This document shows, piece by piece, positions 62,639-64,000 of a stretch of 64,000 bases of DNA (within the stretch, counting starts at the first letter, position 1; every line of letters begins with the position of its first letter). The stretch is from assembly GCA_017654855.1 (NCBI GenBank), contig CM030335.1, forward strand, positions 3,534,001-3,598,000. The letters are read 5' to 3'. Origin of the DNA: Podospora anserina. Lineage: Eukaryota. The notes below the pieces were generated by a model, which was not told the origin of the DNA, ran no database searches, and saw only the letters and a program-made list of their open reading frames with translations. The position numbers were made by a program, and so were the translations under genes.

Positions 62639-62835
62639 GTAAGCGGCGGCAGTAGGTCGTATGAATATTTCGAATGCGACGAATAATATGCAAATTTGAA
62701 AAGCCTTTTCATGTTGTGATTGTACATATTATTTCTCTAATTCGCCGATGTATCAGTAAACCACTGGTGCCTGTCCCAAAAAGCAAATCAGACTCCTGAA
62801 CTCCAGTCCATGCGTGTTCTACCTATACGTTGCCT

Positions 62836-64000
62836 TTACTTTGTCTCCTGTTGCTGTACTTCCGGCTCTGGTGGTTGCGTCTGTTGCATTTCGGCGCCCT
62901 GACCATGCTCTTCTTTCCATAGCCTCTTCTCCTCCCTCAAATCCCGTCTCACCCACTCAACCGAGATCCAAGTCCAGACGATGGTGAAGACCAGCGGGGT
63001 AGCCCATCCTATTACACATCGTTAGCACATTCCCCCTAAGGGGTATCTCAGACTCCCACCCCTTAGACAGAAACTTACCAATACCATAGGCAATATAATA
63101 ATGCACACACCAGATCGTCACCAGTGTCCCAACCCCAAACACCAACGATCCCACGGCCCAAAACCAATTCTGAACCGCAATCATCCTCCTAAACCTCTTA
63201 CTCGCCGCATACCTCGCAAAGACAGCCCGTCTATACTCCACCCCAGCCCCGCCATCGACCCCAACGATATCCTCAATAATCGTCAGCACCAACGGCGGCA
63301 CCCTCTCCCCTTTGCTCACGCTCGAAATCTTGAACGGCGCCTTCCTTCCCGTGGCATTCATCCACCCCGCCCACGTAAGCTGAACCCCCATCTGGATCAA
63401 AAACAAACTAACCGGGATGGCCAGCACCTTCACCGGCGGGTTATGCGGAATCGAACCCCCTATCAAAATCCCAGACATGACTGTGTACCCAAAACTGAGC
63501 GTGTGATGTGTAAAATCAAAACTCCACTTTGTTGCCCCCGGTGGACGGTATTGATCGCCCTTCAGGATGAGCTTCAACATCCGGAGACCAAACTCGATGC
63601 CGGTAACAATGCCGAAAAACGACGTCACGATGGCGAAGACGAGGCCTGGACGGAGCGAGGTGCTCGCCGAGATTCCATAGTAGAGGATGATGGGTAACAA
63701 GGAGGACTCGATGACGAGGAGGGCGACGATGATGGAGAGCTTGAGCTTGTAGTCGAGGATGCGGTAGTTGAGCCGAGGCAGGCCGGGGTATTCCTCGAAC
63801 GAGGCGACGGGGAGGCCGCGGGGGTCTTCGGGGTGGGCGCCGACGCCGTGGTGGGTTTCGGTCATGGCTGTTACCGCGCCCTCACAGACCGTGGTCGAGG
63901 TGGAGGATGAGTTTAGCCCTGTTGGCGGGTCATTCTTCAGGTTGCTCGTGGCTGTCGATGCGGTGGTGGTGGTTGGGTAGGGCAGATGGGTGTCTTCTGC
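62836..64000 (-). CDS. Uncharacterised multi-pass membrane protein; 5' end may lie beyond the window; intron about 63010-63078
   Basis: About 6-7 hydrophobic segments, IIEDIVGVDGGAG..YR...RY.AS..FRRM motif. Frame appears open to the window edge. Confidence 0.8.

Noticed and set aside
1..64000. CRISPR arrays, rRNA, intact transposons, NLR/HET or Spok-type genes, TGA-CTA readthrough or premature-TAG editing sites
   Set aside because: None recognised by eye in the modelled genes or spacers. A computational scan could still find weak cases.

Overview
Intron-containing eukaryotic DNA from a filamentous ascomycete. Short GT..AG introns with CTRAC/CTAAC branch sites, the gene content and the G/C homopolymer style suggest a Sordariomycete, probably Sordariales/Podospora-like (inference, not verified). 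About 23 protein-coding genes can be modelled, plus one probable gene start at the left edge. Left accessory-type block (1-15 kb): a divergent cytochrome P450 / FAD monooxygenase pair, a small secreted protein, a class I glutamine amidotransferase-like gene, a serine beta-lactamase-family gene and about 4.4 kb of unexplained DNA. Housekeeping core (15-52 kb): GMPPA-type mannose-1-phosphate guanylyltransferase, dynamin-family GTPase, MAPEG, Cdc4, PAP2 phosphatase, proteasome alpha-3, Bye1, Med7, ZNF830-like, an F-box/RPEL-like protein, an isolated 109-aa Cys-rich gene in a roughly 10 kb gene desert, and Ego1/LAMTOR1. Right block (53-64 kb): secreted or surface proteins, an apparently frameshifted gene, a GH7 with a GPI-like tail, a GMC oxidoreductase and a membrane protein running off the window. 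No tRNA, rRNA, CRISPR array or intact transposon was recognised. Best leads: the lone Cys-rich gene with a uORF-containing 5' intron, the F-box/RPEL-like protein, the P450 with an atypical I-helix and its partner, a perfect 21-bp hairpin over a stop codon, and a +1 frameshift. Exon boundaries were read by eye and need RNA confirmation.
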